DNA from: Podarcis bocagei
Lineage: Eukaryota
DNA: 64,000 nt
Assembly: GCA_964188305.1 (NCBI GenBank)
Contig: OZ076893.1
Direction: 5' to 3' (one strand)
Shown: in pieces, positions 26,920-40,419 of the stretch
How positions within the stretch are numbered: position 1 is the first letter of the stretch
How the letters are laid out: each line of letters starts with the position of its first letter
The notes under the pieces: generated by a model
Database searches by the model: none
What the model was told of the DNA's origin: nothing
What the model saw: only the letters and a program-made list of their open reading frames with translations
Made by a program: the position numbers and the translations under genes

Positions 26920-27270
26920 GGGACGCGGATGGCGCTGTAGGTTAAACCACAGAGTCTAGGACTTGCCGATCAGAAGGTTGGCGGTTCAAATCCCCGCGAC
27001 GGGGTGAGCACCCGTTGCTCGGTCCCTGCTCCTGCCAACCTAGCAGTTCAAAAGCATGTCAAAGTGCAAGAAGATAAATAGGTACCACTCCAGCAGGAAG
27101 GTAAACTGCGTTTCCGTGCGCTGCTCTGGTTCGCCAGAAGCGGCTTAGTCATGCTGGCAACATGACCCGGAAGCTGTACGCTGGCTCCCTCGGCCAATAA
27201 AGAGAGATGAGCACCGCAACCCCAGTGTCGGTCACGACTGGACCTAATGGTCAGGGGTCCCTTTACCTTT
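26920..27270 (+). mobile_element. Sauria SINE, full length
   Basis: Highly similar to 19508-19853. TSD AGAATACCCA at 26908-26917 and 27271-27280. Confidence 0.95.
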
Positions 27271-27814
27271 AGAATACCCAACCTTTATTAGGCTGTTGGC
27301 GGAGGTTCCAAAGATTTCTTCCAATGTTGGGGCTATCTCAAGCCTTTAGTTGTGGTGCTCCAGTCCAGCCTTGTAGTTTAAAACAAACACCTTGATGTAC
27401 ACATGGAGTTTCTGTGTGCAGCTTTTAATAATACTGAAGGGCTTAAGGAAGAATCCACAGTGCTTTATATTTGCAGAAAAACATTTTCCTTTATGAGAGA
27501 TTAAGGAAATGTACATAGTTTCTAGCACTGCATTCTAGACTCGAAGGCAGTAAAGTTTTTCTATTCATACAAAAACATTTCAGTATTCTGCGACTCTTGA
27601 TGTTGTTAATCCTGTTACTGTCCTCTTAATGCAACATTTCTCAGTCTTTTTTATTCCATTTTGTGCCTTTGAATAGCTGCGTTAAAAGCAAAGATTGAAA
27701 AGAAATGGTGAGATATCATTAGTTCATATGCATACAGGTTCAGCGTGTGGAAACGATGCTTCTAGGATTGGCTTCAAGTTGTGTGACTGATAGATCTTAT
27801 TTGTCTGATAGAGT

Positions 27815-28058
27815 NNNNNNNNNNNNNNNNNNNNNNNNNNNNNNNNNNNNNNNNNNNNNNNNNNNNNNNNNNNNNNNNNNNNNNNNNNNNNNNNNNNNNN
27901 NNNNNNNNNNNNNNNNNNNNNNNNNNNNNNNNNNNNNNNNNNNNNNNNNNNNNNNNNNNNNNNNNNNNNNNNNNNNNNNNNNNNNNNNNNNNNNNNNNNN
28001 NNNNNNNNNNNNNNNNNNNNNNNNNNNNNNNNNNNNNNNNNNNNNNNNNNNNNNNNNN
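27815..28058. other. N block, 244 bp
   Basis: Counted directly. Confidence 0.97.
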
Positions 28059-28629
28059 GTGTGTGTGACTTTTTTTTCCCCTTCAGCATTTGTGCAGATG
28101 AAATGTGATGTTGGTGTTAATAATAAGCTGTAAATATTAGAAGGAAAAGAAAAACAGTGAAAATGCAGGGATTTGTTTCAATAAATCCTCAATAAAAGGC
28201 CATTGTTACTGCCAGTTTTGCGTAACATATATGAAAAGAGAAAGCGCAAAGTTTTTCATATAAAAAAGAAAACAGAACATGTTTGGCATAGTTTTATATT
28301 AAATGCCTTTTCATCCGGGATGAAGGTTATAATTGCTTGCCTCTTCGCTTGCTTTTGCCAGCAAGTTCATCTGTGAATTAGTGCAGGACCTGTTTGCCTT
28401 TCACCTGGTTGAGAAGGGTATATATCTAAGTAACAGACCTATAATTTACATTTAATGCAACCTTTCAATTGACCAAGAGCCCACAACCTAAGCCCCCATC
28501 TCACAGCTGTGGACTTTCCCACATTTGTCAAGTCAATGCCATTCTGGGATAAGCTAGAAGAAATCATCCATTTAAAGCCGGTACTGCACATGACATTTTT
28601 TTCTAACCCTGAAGACAAATTTTCTTAAT

Positions 28630-28630
<1 letters not shown>

Positions 28631-28705
<75 letters not shown>
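28631..28705. repeat. Compound (GT)n(GA)n microsatellite
   Basis: Read directly from the sequence. Confidence 0.98.
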
Positions 28706-28709
<4 letters not shown>

Positions 28710-30968
28710 ATTATTGCAAGTTTGGGAAGAAACAATATACTTTGGTTGTGGGTGGACCTGGCTCCATAAAATGCAATTGATTTCTCATCTTCTTTACCGA
28801 TATATAGAAATATATTAGCAAGGTTGGTTATATGCTATACTTTTAAAAAAATGTTCTACATGAGAGTAATCCGAATTCTAAAGTATTAGTGATAATTAAA
28901 CTTATTTTTTAAAAAAAAATTACTATTATTCTGATAAGTGATAAGGAGGAATAAACACCAGTGAAGGCATACAACCTCCCTCAAATCTCTACCATGGAAG
29001 ATCCTGGTCAATTCAACCACCATACAGTCACTGCCTACATGCTTTCAACTTCAGACCCTTACTTGGTTCTCCACATGTCTATTGGTGCTACTGAACAATG
29101 AATTGGGGAACAGTGAATTGATGCTTCTGAACAATGGGGTACCATCCAAACCCATGAATGTAAATTAAAATTTTGCTGGTAACCACAACTGGATGTGAAT
29201 TGCATCCTTTGTAAAGAAGGAAATTCTGCTATATAATCTGTCTCCTTCCAGTCTCTCATTTCTTACAGCAGGGGGTGGGGAATAAGATCTGGCTGGCAGG
29301 TTGGATCCTGGCCTTGTCTACCCCCTCAGGCCATTTTGACAGGTGGACAGTGTTGCCCATCTGTCAGTCACAATGATGTCAGATGACCCGTAGGTAAAAC
29401 ACTTCTCTTGCAGGCAAAGCTCTGCACATGAAGGTGATTTGAATTCAAGGTGGGGATGCAAAGGAAGCAATAACAAGTATACTTCCTTAAGCACCATACA
29501 AATTAATGCCTTTGCATTTATGAAGAATAGCACAGATAAAAGATAGTCATGCAATTTGTGTATTACAGTAGGAATACAGGAGAAAGAACTCCATGATTAT
29601 GTCAGATTGTGTAATCAAGGACTGGTTTCTGCCATTTTCAGAAAGATCTCCTATGAATCCTTGATAAGCTCCTTCTACCGGTAACTCCCAGCCCCCAAGC
29701 AGGTTTAGCTTTGACAAGCTACATTTAACAAATACTGTATTTTCTTTTAGGGTTAAGTTATTTGACCATGGTAGCTGTAGCTGTGAACTAAATAATTTTA
29801 TACTGGCTGATTTCACAACCCTAAATTGTTCATTTCTTTCTTTATTTCATTTAGGGAGTTTAAGTAACAATAACTTGAGCCATATATTCAGTTTTCATAA
29901 AGAATTCAGTGAAATAGCATTATAGGTATAAGGTGGCTGAGCTAATGCATTTTTCTATCTGACATAATTCACCATTTGGGGAATATAAGTTGTGGTGTTT
30001 TTTATTATTTGGCTGCATTCCACATAAACTGATTACTACAGGACCTTGTAAGGCTATATTTGCTGACAGACCCTTATTGTTAGGATTTGTTTAAGTAAAA
30101 AGGACCTAAAATATTGTAAGAACAATTGAGAAGCAGATAATGCTTTAAGCACAACTCTCAAATCAGAAACCTTCATAGTCATATGCTACTTAGTAGGAAC
30201 ACCATGTGACTCAGCTATCTAAGTTCTGTTAAATCAAGTCTGATTTTAGTCCTATAAAATCAGGGGGATCAAACTGTTTCTATTTTGCTGGATCAAATTT
30301 GTGCCTACTCAGTAAAGATGAGCTTTCCATATTATCAGCATTCATTTTAAGAACTTTATTTACCTTTGTGTTTGAGTGCCTGTAATGGCCAAATCTTTCC
30401 CCCACAGAATACTGAGATAAAAGTTTAAGGAAACCATCTTTGAACTGTTAACTTTATGTGATACAGTATTGGTAAAGTTCTGCTGGATTAAATGGTCATG
30501 GAGGAAATTTTAAGTGTAGATGATATACATTTAATACATAGTATACATGTAAGAATACATTGTTCAGCACCCACCCACACACCATGACTGGGCATATATA
30601 TGCATTTTAAATTTTATTTAATAAATAAATGGCAGGACTCTGCTTCTGCGTTTATTGCAAGGTAACTAGCCATTGAAGCAACTGTGAGCCATCCACACTT
30701 AAATGGGTCGTTTTGCCCTTTCTGCAGGACAGTTCGTGTATAACTTCTTGGAGCTGCAAACTTAACAGAGCTCTGTACTTTGTATCAAATTAGTATACAC
30801 GTTTAGGATCACACTTCTAACCTTGGAGTTCTTTGCAATACAGTAACATTCTTGTGTTATACTTCAAAGAAAATTGTGTGTGTGTATGTCTTTTGAACAA
30901 ATTCATCACTTTTCATGAGTAAGCCGTATGTTGCGCATCTGACAAAATATACTTCAAATTATAGGGAA

Positions 30969-31124
30969 GCTGTGTACATACACCATACATTTAAAGCACA
31001 TTCACCCCCCTTCCCACCTTCCAAAAATAATCCTAGGAACTGTAAAGAGTCCCTCACAGAGCACCCTTAACAAACTCCAGGATTCTTGGGGGGAGGGCTT
31101 TAAATGTATGGTGCATGCATAGTC
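30969..31124. mobile_element. Palindromic MITE (possibly PIF/Harbinger-like)
   Basis: Perfect 17-bp inverted repeat CACCATACATTTAAAGC (30981-30997) / GCTTTAAATGTATGGTG (31097-31113). Confidence 0.7.
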
Positions 31125-32426
31125 TGAGTTATTTTTTCCCCTGAATCGACTTGTGGATGGTTTTTGTTTGTTTGGCAACTGCATCTTCATGGTTATTACA
31201 GTCATGATTCTTGTGTCTTTTTTCTTCCATAATATTTGAAGTGTAAATAATATATATGCATTGAATCAGTCCTGCTTTTAATTTAGTGTTTTGTTGGAGT
31301 GCTAGGAATTGTTTATTACTTTTTGTAACTATAATCTACTTTTTCTTTAATTTAGTTATTTGCAATTTATTGATGTATGTCTTGACATTGCAGGAGTAAT
31401 AGTATGATGGGCCTTCTTCAAATTTACTGAAATGAGAGATTACAGAACTCAAACATCCTGAAGTTCATATTTGGTAGCATTCTTCCATGTTATCCATTGA
31501 AGTTATTTATTTTCCTTGTAGCTAGTTAAAGAAACATCACATTGATTATTTGCTTATGGACAAAATATTCCACACTAACAAAAAATAATCTTGGATTGGT
31601 TTGTGTGTTTGTCTTTGACAGATCTGGTATAATTGTTATCTGATAAAATCCCCAAAGAAACCTTTTTCATATACCTTTATTATATTTCTTCTGGCATACA
31701 TTTCCCAAAGGATTCAATGAGAAATGGATTCCCTTCTCTGCATACCATCAAGTTCACAGTCTGTTATATAGAAAGCAGTGTTAGCTTCCTTACCTGATGA
31801 ATACACAGGGTGTGTTTTGAAAAAGACAGGGATGCTTTCTTAGGGAAGTGCACTAGGAGAGGTTGATCGGCTATTCACAGACACACATGGCTGGGCAAAC
31901 AGCAAATATAGCCTAATAGTTGTTCAGGAGCAAGGCTGCAGGTATTCTGTTGTCAATAGCCAGGAGAAAACGTGTTACATTGGACAAGCTTGAACAGTTT
32001 ATGAAGGAAAATTCACACTTGCTCAGTTGTGATGCCTGCAAGAGGCATGGTTCAAGTATCCTGAGGCAGCGCAAAATTATAACACACTTTGAATACACAA
32101 CCTTTATGTGCTTTCATCAAGTGCTGTATCGTCTGGCTTTGGCCTAGGTCCAACTAAGGGGTAGGTATTTTTAAAGCGCCGTTTTGAGGTCCCAACTCTT
32201 TCCTTGCTTCAGGCTAGGACTACAGCCTGCAGGGTACCCTGAAGGGATCTGGTTTGAAAAGTGTCTTGCCTCATCTACCACTCTGGGTCCTCAGAAGACA
32301 AGGCAACCTAAACTTTAAAGCTTAACGTGTAGTCTTGCCATTTGAGGCACCTTAGACATATATTTATTTCCTTAGCTCAAAGTGTAAGTAATGTGATAGT
32401 GATCTGACACAGTTCTGCCTGTGTGT

Positions 32427-32446
32427 ACACACACACACACACACAC
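32427..32446. repeat. (AC)n microsatellite
   Basis: Read directly from the sequence. Confidence 0.93.
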
Positions 32447-32892
32447 GTTCTGACACCAAAGAAGGCTCTAATGAAGATAGTTGACAGCTTAAAAAGCATG
32501 CACTCATATTTTGGGTACAAGCAAGATTGCTAAAATTTTAGTCATAAAATATTTAGCAGCCAGTAAAGCATTTCTGTGCCGTTGCTTTTCAAATCAAATC
32601 TGTACTGATTTTCCCCTAATTTGTATGCTATTTTTAAACTGTTTGCTTCACTCATAATTCTGCCTTTCAAGTGAAATTGTGAGGCAGGAAAACAGCTAAA
32701 GTAGTTCCCCATTTTTAAGTATATGAGAAGTATTTTGCTAGATCAGACCAAAGCCCAGAATTTTTTTCTCGAGTGTCAGCTTCCCTTGGTCCTGCATTCC
32801 ATCTCCATCTCACCCCAAGAAAATGGCAAGGCATGTCAAGCAAGGCATGACAGGGATAGCTATGCTTCTATTAGATTATACAGCAACTGTAT

Positions 32893-33037
32893 AATCATAG
32901 AAATGTAGAGTTGGAAGGGACCATGAGTGTCATCTAGTCCAACCCCTGCAGTGCGGGAATCTTTTCCCCAACATGGGGCCTGAACCAACAACCCTGAGAT
33001 TAAGAGTCTCATGCTCTATGGACTGAGCCATATCCCC
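32893..33037 (-). mobile_element. tRNA-Lys(CTT)-derived SINE with CR1 3' tail (Squam2/P.s.1-like)
   Basis: The minus strand reads GCTCAGT..TAGAGCATGAGACTCTTAATCTCAGGG...GGGGTTGGACTAGATGAC...CCCTTCCAACTCTAC..TCTATGATT. Confidence 0.85.
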
Positions 33038-35014
33038 TGTGTAAATAAATTCTGCTTTGTGGGCTTATAGCCGAATAAAGTATTATCTATCTATCTATCT
33101 GCTTTGTTTGTTGTTTTCTTTTCCTTTACCTAAACTTAATTTTATTGGACAAGTCCAGATTTTAGTATTTTGACACAAAACGTATTGTCTCTCTTCTGTT
33201 CATGTTATTCAAAATTGTGTAACCATCTGTCTCATTTCCCTTAATAGCCTTTTTTTCTTAACCAAAAATGACTGAAGTTTCTGAATGAGCCTTAAAGGTG
33301 TTCTATCAACAACACCCAATAAATTCAGATGATATTTTCCTCCAAGCTTTTGTACCGAAGACTGATAAAAGGAATTTATTTAGCTCTCCCCCCCCCCTCG
33401 CCCCGCAATTTCTCTGACTTCATTTAGCCATTCTTATTTACCTTTCTGTCTAATGGCCTCACAATTTATGCTTCTACATAGAAATTTATTCTTCAAATTG
33501 CATCTTTGCTTGGCTTATTTTAAATTTAAAAGACCTTGTGCTTTTCCTTGTTTTCTTCATTTGGGTAAAGATAGGCTGAAATCCATAGTGTGTAACACAA
33601 AAGTTTTTCTAAACTAGCCCATCACGCTACCTGAGCAAGACTGTGCTGTGCGCTAAAAATGGAAGCCCTGGAACAAAATTTCAAAACATAACCCTGTATA
33701 TTTTCTGCACAAACAGGGAGTTAGATTGGAGGACCTTTGAGGTAACTTTCAAATGTATGATTTTGTGTAGCCAATTTTGTTCCGATGTGAAGCTGAAATG
33801 CATATCAAACTTTTAACAACTTAAAACGTTCAGCTGTAGGTGATACAGGAAAAGATATTACAGGTAAATATATATTTTCGCACTAGTTCTGGTTTTCAGC
33901 ATTTTTTCTTGTGTTGATTTAATAAAGATTAGCTCTTAATTGGATGATATTTTGCTGTAATATTTTATTGATGTCAAGGGTTGGCAGTGGTAAGCAAATT
34001 AACATGTATAATGCGCTAAAAATCCTTTGTCTTCTTTCAGTCTACAAGTGACAGCACTGAACCACTTGATGCCTTGTAATTCAGTGGTTTCCTATTGCAG
34101 TGTCTCTTTGAAGTTCCTTTGCTCTGGGATGGCCACCCTGAGGTCACTTTCAGATTGCTCTGGGTGGCTGAAATGTTTTCCCATTGGCATTTTTAATATT
34201 GAAATTTCTGGTGTCAGATTTGCGTTCATTTAATCTTTTGTGTATAAACTAGTCTTTTTCTGCTGTGTAGAACACAGAGGGATATTGCTAGCAGATGATG
34301 GTACACATCACATTGTGGAAGATGAGCAGGTGAATTAACCCCTGATGTTGTGGATGACATTTCTATGTAATTACAATGTTTTAGGTAAACTGCTTAGAGA
34401 CTTTTGTTGATTAAGTGATAGATAGATAGATCCTGTTGCCAGAATAGACATAGGAACAGCGTAGACATCTGGGTCTGTCACAATGACAGGCCTGTTTCCA
34501 TATTTCTGTTGTATGGCCTGTTCTGAATGGTGTGTAGCTGTTTCAGATTGGAAGGCTGTTTGTAGCAAGTACATGCCTACTCCCCAAGACATGTGAGAGG
34601 GAAGTGTAATTGTCTAGGGTGGGCAATAGTAAATTATTAAATTGTAAGTCTGTTTCCAAGGACCGTCATATTTTGGTTACAGTGCCATGTGTAAGAAGAG
34701 CAGCATGAAAGTTAAGCTCCCCATTACAGTAGAAATCAGGGTGAGAGAGGCAAATGAAAGACGCTTAAAATGTGTGTACAGATATTTTAAGACAAATGGA
34801 TGTTACATCTTCTTCACTTAGTTGCACTGTGTCAGTTTAACATTTTAGAAGTCAAACATGTTCATCACCCATATGGAGTGGAATTCATTTGCTGTCGTTG
34901 TTTATCCATCCGCTATTAATCACTTTCTCCCTCTCTTCCCTGGCATAGACTCATTACTTTTCAGTGCTTACTTGCCCATCTTAATTTAGTTGTTTATATT
35001 CTCAGACCATCTTG

Positions 35015-35380
35015 CCCCAGATTGCTGACCGGAGCAAGATGGTGTGAGCTTATTAACTCCAATCTTGACGGAACTCCACCAACTACCGATTAGTGTCCAG
35101 ACTCAGTTCAAAGTTCTTAGCCATAAAGCCTTACATGGCTCAAGACCCCAGTACCTCCAGAGCAGCTTCTCCTCGTATGACCCAACCCAGACACATTATT
35201 CATTATCAGAGACTTTTCTCCATGTGTCCTCTTCAAGGGAGGTGCAGAGTCGGTGACGTGAGAACAGGCCTTTCCAGTAGTGGCTCTCCATTTACAGAAT
35301 GCACTCCCCAGAGCAGCATACCTGGTGCTGTCTGTTTTTATGTGCCAGGCAAAAACATTTAATTTATCTTGGCTTTTGAT
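35015..35380 (+). mobile_element. Degenerate L2 RT C-terminal fragment
   Basis: Encodes RLLTGA..TPILTELHQLPI..QFKVL..KALHG..PQYL, followed by a decayed RAF motif. Confidence 0.75.
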
Positions 35381-37504
35381 CCTTAATTTGGAGGGTAACT
35401 GGTTATCTCTGTGGACTTTTAAATGAGGTGGGTAGGACTTGTTCCTGTTAAATACATATTTTTAGATGTGCAGTTTAGGTCTTATTGTATTCTTGCTTTT
35501 ATACTTTCATGTTTCGTGTTATTTCTATTTTTATTATTGTTTTAAGGCAGTTCATTGTTAAAAGTGACATAGTAACAGCAACATTTAAGGAAGAGAGGGC
35601 ATATATTAGCCATCACCAGCTTGCAACCCAATAAGCCAAACACAGGCCAACAGACGTATATGACGCCCAGGAGTTCCGTGTAACCCACCCAGGGGGTCTG
35701 TGATACCATTCACAAAACAAAAACTACCATAGATATATCAGAATTTTCAGAAGTAGGGGTCCATAGTTTGGCTTTTGAAAAACAGAGGTCCACAGTACTT
35801 AGCTAATTGGGAACCACTGTTTTAATGGATTGCTTATTTAGTAACCTACCAAGCTCTGGAAACAAAGTATTACTTATCTGTTATTGTCAGCAAACTGAAT
35901 AAGGTGGTGAAAATAATATATGGGTTGAATAGTTCCTCAGGCAAGAACAAGGGAAAGAGTAACTTGTCTGGCCTGAAGGTTTACAGAGGACCTGTTGTTC
36001 ATCATTTGAAAAACAAATTGTAGAACTGTAGTAATCAAAATTTAAAACCGTAATAATCAAAATTCAGTTTGATTTTTATATGATTTTTATATGTTTTTGT
36101 TACTATTAGACCAATAAAATAAAGTAGAATGAAATCTAGACTCAACTGAGTGGATAGAGGCTTACGTGTTGAGCAAACCAGCACATTTACAATTATACAT
36201 TATGTAATCTTGAATTCTGTTGTAGTTGCTTGATGGGCAGCATGAAACAGAAGAATAACTTCCTGAATCCATAGGCCTTAGTAGATGGAGTGGAAATGGG
36301 GATCTTCTGTTGTGTTGTTCCTTTTAGTTGTTTCTTTGAAACTACTGAGCTCATTATGTTACATTTTATTTATTTTATTTTATTTTATGAGTTAAATTTA
36401 TATACCATTCTTCATCCATCGATTCATAGAAATCAGATATGGGGGGAAATAAGGAGGAAAGAGATGGAATTTTCTGTACAACAAGGGTAGGTTGAATTGA
36501 AAAAATGAGGATAAAGAATAGGTGGGGGTGGTTAGAACAGGAGTAATCTGTTTGGACTGTTACACAACAGAGTAGGGATTCTTTGAGAAAGGGGTTTGCT
36601 TCTCATGTGCAGATGTTGAGCAATAAAAAAAATGAGGCTATAATAGCCAGCTGTCAAAATCTGCTGCTTTCATTTCAGAAAAAGCAGCTTTGGAATTTCT
36701 CAGTTTTAGTTAGTTTGGCTGCCTGACCCTTTTACTGTCAAATTGGCTAAAGAATGCTTAATTCTTTAAAAAAAGTGATTCAGAGGTCTAATTGTTTCCA
36801 CAATCTTTGTTATTGTCACCCTTGCTTCCCAAACAAGCATAAAAATGGGCTTGATTCTGCTTCTTGCTCAACCTGATTAGAGCACAAGACTCATAGGGAA
36901 AGGCAAGAAATGCCTCCCTGGTACCAATTTAAAAGCTCCTCTCAGGTTTGATTGGGTGAGGGAACCTGTATTCCCCCTATCCGGTTGAGTTGGTGGTAAG
37001 TGTGTGAAATATTCCTGCAACCTGTAACTACTATTAGCAGGAGGGCAGGAATATTGCTTCTTGATATCAGTGGTAGCTGGGTGATCCAGTTTTGGGTTAA
37101 TGAGCAGATTTTGCTCACTTCACATTGTTGCCTCCAACAATAGCTCTTTAATTTCTCCATAGTACTAAGTCACAACCATTCACTTATGTGTAAAAAATAA
37201 AATAAATTTTTGCACCATTGGTTGGGAACTAAATCGGTCCATTGAGCTCCTAGGATCTGAAATTAAAAGCATGGTTTGTCACCTCTTGTGTCCAAGATTC
37301 CAGATCAATTACTGAGCATGTTCACAGAGTTCTGTATGTGCTATCACCCCCAGCACACATATATTCACTGCTATAAGGATACTACACCTGGGAGGCTAAT
37401 ATAACATTATCTTTAATCATGTATTGCTGGGATATTTAAACATTGTGATGGAATATGGGTCTTCAGCTTTTAAAAACTTCAGTTTAGAGATTCTTAAAAG
37501 TATT

Positions 37505-37622
37505 TCCAGAGAAGTAGATGTGTTAGTCTGTGGCAGCCAAAACTGTATTGTAGCACCTTAAAGACGAGAGCATGTTTTTAATGGCACAAACTTTCATGGA
37601 TTAGAGCCTGCTTCATCGGATA
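37505..37622. mobile_element. Older Penelope-like terminal-repeat remnant with a degenerate hammerhead
   Basis: Reads gtagatgtgttagtctg...gtagcaccttaaagac...ctttcatgg...cttcatcgga, similar to the 52.5 kb element. Confidence 0.6.
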
Positions 37623-37899
37623 AGTGAAGTGTTGTTCTAAGTGGCACACAACTGTTGGTGGCCATTTATTATCAAATTTATATGTCGAGGATGGCAAACA
37701 AGTGATAAAACAATAACATCTTAAAACAATTCTAATACAGATGAGGACTGGGTGATGGGTGGGTGTAAGAGAGATTGTCAAAAATGAGATCAAAGGATCT
37801 TCAAAAAGTTTAGCTCCTTCATGTGGGGATTTAATCAGAATATTGGGTTTTATCACACTACAGGATGTTTATCACCTACACTTCTTCATGAATCGGCAC

Positions 37900-37992
37900 C
37901 CCTCCCTCCCTCCCTCCCTCCCTCCCTCCCTCCCTCCCTCCCTCCCTCTCTCTCTCTCTCTCGTGTGTGTGTGTGTGTGTGTACACACACAC
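37900..37992. repeat. Compound (CCCT)n(CT)n(GT)n(AC)n microsatellite
   Basis: Read directly from the sequence. Confidence 0.97.
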
Positions 37993-38314
37993 TTGCACCT
38001 TACAATATCAGAAGCTGCCATATATCTGGAGAACTGTACTCTAGTAAATAAACGCTTAGGTCACAATAGGTTTGGCATAAGCTATAAGGCACCTTGTGGT
38101 TAAAATAATTTGAGGATGTTATTCTAGGGTACAATCCAGTCTTTCAATATGCAAGCAGGAAAGGACCTTTCCTAATGATGTTGTTGGTTCAAGACAATCT
38201 CTTCCTTTCTTCCTTCAGGCCTGGCATCTGTAGTAATATTCATTAAATAATTGACACTAATTTACTGTCCAGCTTTTCTTATTAAGAAAGTCTTTTTTCA
38301 GAAAGAGTTGATGT

Positions 38315-38382
38315 AGCGAGCCAGGAAGTCCCTGATTTGTATCTCACCTTGGCCATTCTCACTGTGGCCGTAGACATCCCAC

Positions 38383-38427
<45 letters not shown>

Positions 38428-38545
38428 TTTATCTTCAGCCTATCCAATGGCAACATGGGGGCAATAGTACTGATTACTATCTAGAGTTGTTGTAAACATT
38501 ATTGAGGTAAAATATAGGAAGAGCTTTGAACATTGAAGGACTTCT
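38315..38545 (+). mobile_element. MIR-like remnant containing a (TAT)n tract
   Basis: Decayed CORE-SINE blocks (atggggg.aatagtac...gttgttgtaa...gctttgaac) surround the microsatellite. Confidence 0.45.
38383..38426. repeat. (TAT)n microsatellite
   Basis: Read directly from the sequence. Confidence 0.97.
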
Positions 38546-39206
38546 AAACCGACACATTTAATATTGTAGGCCATTATAGATATCACAAGGGTGTACTATC
38601 CCACTTAGTGGTGTTAGGAGGATCCATCTGTGCCCATATACTCCAGACCCTATGAAACGTCTGAAGAGTAGGCACAGAAGCTTACCCCACAGGGCGATGA
38701 ACAGCCAGCCCCCCAGGTGACACCCTATCCATGGAGGCTACACAGTGACAGTGATGGAGCTGCATTAAAGCAAAGAAGTGGTGTTGCAGCCCCTTTTCTA
38801 TTGACCAAGGTCTCCGTTTTGCAAGGCTTACTCAGAGGAAACAGGCAGGCACTGAGTAATGACTCAGATCAGGCCCTGCTGATCCAGAAGCAGCCAGCTC
38901 CACTATAAAACCCTTTAGTTGCTACCTGAGCATCTTGGGAACCACAGGCCCTTGGGGAAGATTCTTTGTCAACCGTTGCAACTCAGATCCTGCCATCCAA
39001 GTTCTGTTAGGCAGCTTCCCTGCAGGTTCAGGCTTCCCGGCCAAATCTCTGCTCTTGCCACCTTGATTGTGTAGACTAGTTCTCCATCTGGTCTATGTTT
39101 ACTGCCATTTGTATCCTCCCCCACCACTCGTGGTGGCAGAAAGGGACAAGTATCTTTAAGACAGGGTCCTCTGTAACTTGGAAGTATAGTATTACATGGA
39201 AATAAC

Positions 39207-39525
39207 TTGTTGTTGTTTAGTCGTTTAGTCATGTCCGACTCTTCATGACCCCATGGACCAGAGCACGCCAGAGTCCATGGGACTCTCAAGAGTCTCCTCC
39301 AGCCCCTTCATGGATCACTGCCTTGCCATGGCAAAAGGGCTTGAATAACTCAGAGAAACTATGATCTATGCCATGCAGGGCCACCCAAAATGGACAGGTC
39401 ATAGTGGAGAGTTTTGACCAAACATGATCCATCTGGAGCAGGAACCGGCAAGCCACTCCAGTATCCCTGCCAAGAAAACTCCATGGGCAAAGACAACAGG
39501 CATATAAAAGTTATGATGCTGGAAA
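39207..39525. mobile_element. Rearranged RTE/BovB LINE remnant
   Basis: The minus-strand 3' end ((CAA)n tail, GAGTCGGACATGACTAAACGAC) is fused to a plus-strand 5'-region block, ggatcactgccttg...ggcaagccactccagtatccctgccaagaaaactccatgg. Confidence 0.8.
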
Positions 39526-40419
39526 GAACTGGTCTCTGAAATATGCATTTCCCATGTATTAATTGTGTAAACATAATTAATAAGGACATGTATATTTCAG
39601 TTGGTAATTTTTGTTTTGCCCAGTTTTAATGATAAGCATTCCAAACTGTGCAGCTTTTAATACTGTGCGTACTTCAAAACAGGTTTCAGGGGGGGGGGGA
39701 GGCTGACAGTGGTTAAACTTGGACTTGACTTCAAAGGCATTTTAGTATTTAGATAAAACAAAACCAGGTGAGAATAAAATATCATGTTGCAATGGTGAGT
39801 GTTATGTTAGCTATTGAAATATGACTGAATTCCATGTTCTACTTATTTTCAAAGCTTACATATGTAAGCGTATATAGGTAGAACTCTTGTAAATTTAAAA
39901 CAGACCACAAGGACTTGTTCATATCTAAACACACTCATAGATCTTTTAGGAGCTATAGTGGTGTGAACTCATACATGCACACTTCCCCCAGATATCTTTG
40001 TTGATTAAAATACGACATTACGATCGAACTATACGCTTTGAAGCAATAAGTACAAGTTGTTGAAGTGCTGATGCTATGAACTGTCTGATGTTACTTTTTG
40101 TTTTGGAAATTCCTTAAGAATTATAGGAATTAGTCTATATTTTTACTTCTCAGCATCTTAATATGCTTGTATGTGCGACTGCTACGTTTTTCTGCAGTTC
40201 ATTAAAGACATTTGCAACAGTGTAACACTGCAAGAAATCAGCAGCCCTTTGCCACTTTTTTGAAGACAGTAAAAGCAGCTCCACTGTCATTTCTGTCTCT
40301 GAAATAGGTTTCCGAAAGGAAAGCCAGACATATTTCTGAAATGAATGCCAAATATTTTTCTTAATGTGTCTGCCATTGAAAAGCCAAGACAACCAATTTA
40401 AATAGTGCATAATAATGAT

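Noticed and set aside
32965-33037. tRNA-Lys(CTT) gene
   Set aside because: The acceptor and T stems are mutated, the sequence is fused to a CR1-type tail, and there is no clean Pol III terminator, so it is a SINE head.
34271-34329. Candidate exon tgtag|AACAC...GAGCAG|gtgaat as the missing small ZFHX4 exon
   Set aside because: At 59 bp it is not phase-symmetric, and the peptide shows no similarity to the expected one.
39310-39525. HDV-like ribozyme in the RTE 5' block
   Set aside because: Some RTE 5' UTRs carry one, but I could not build the nested double pseudoknot from this sequence.
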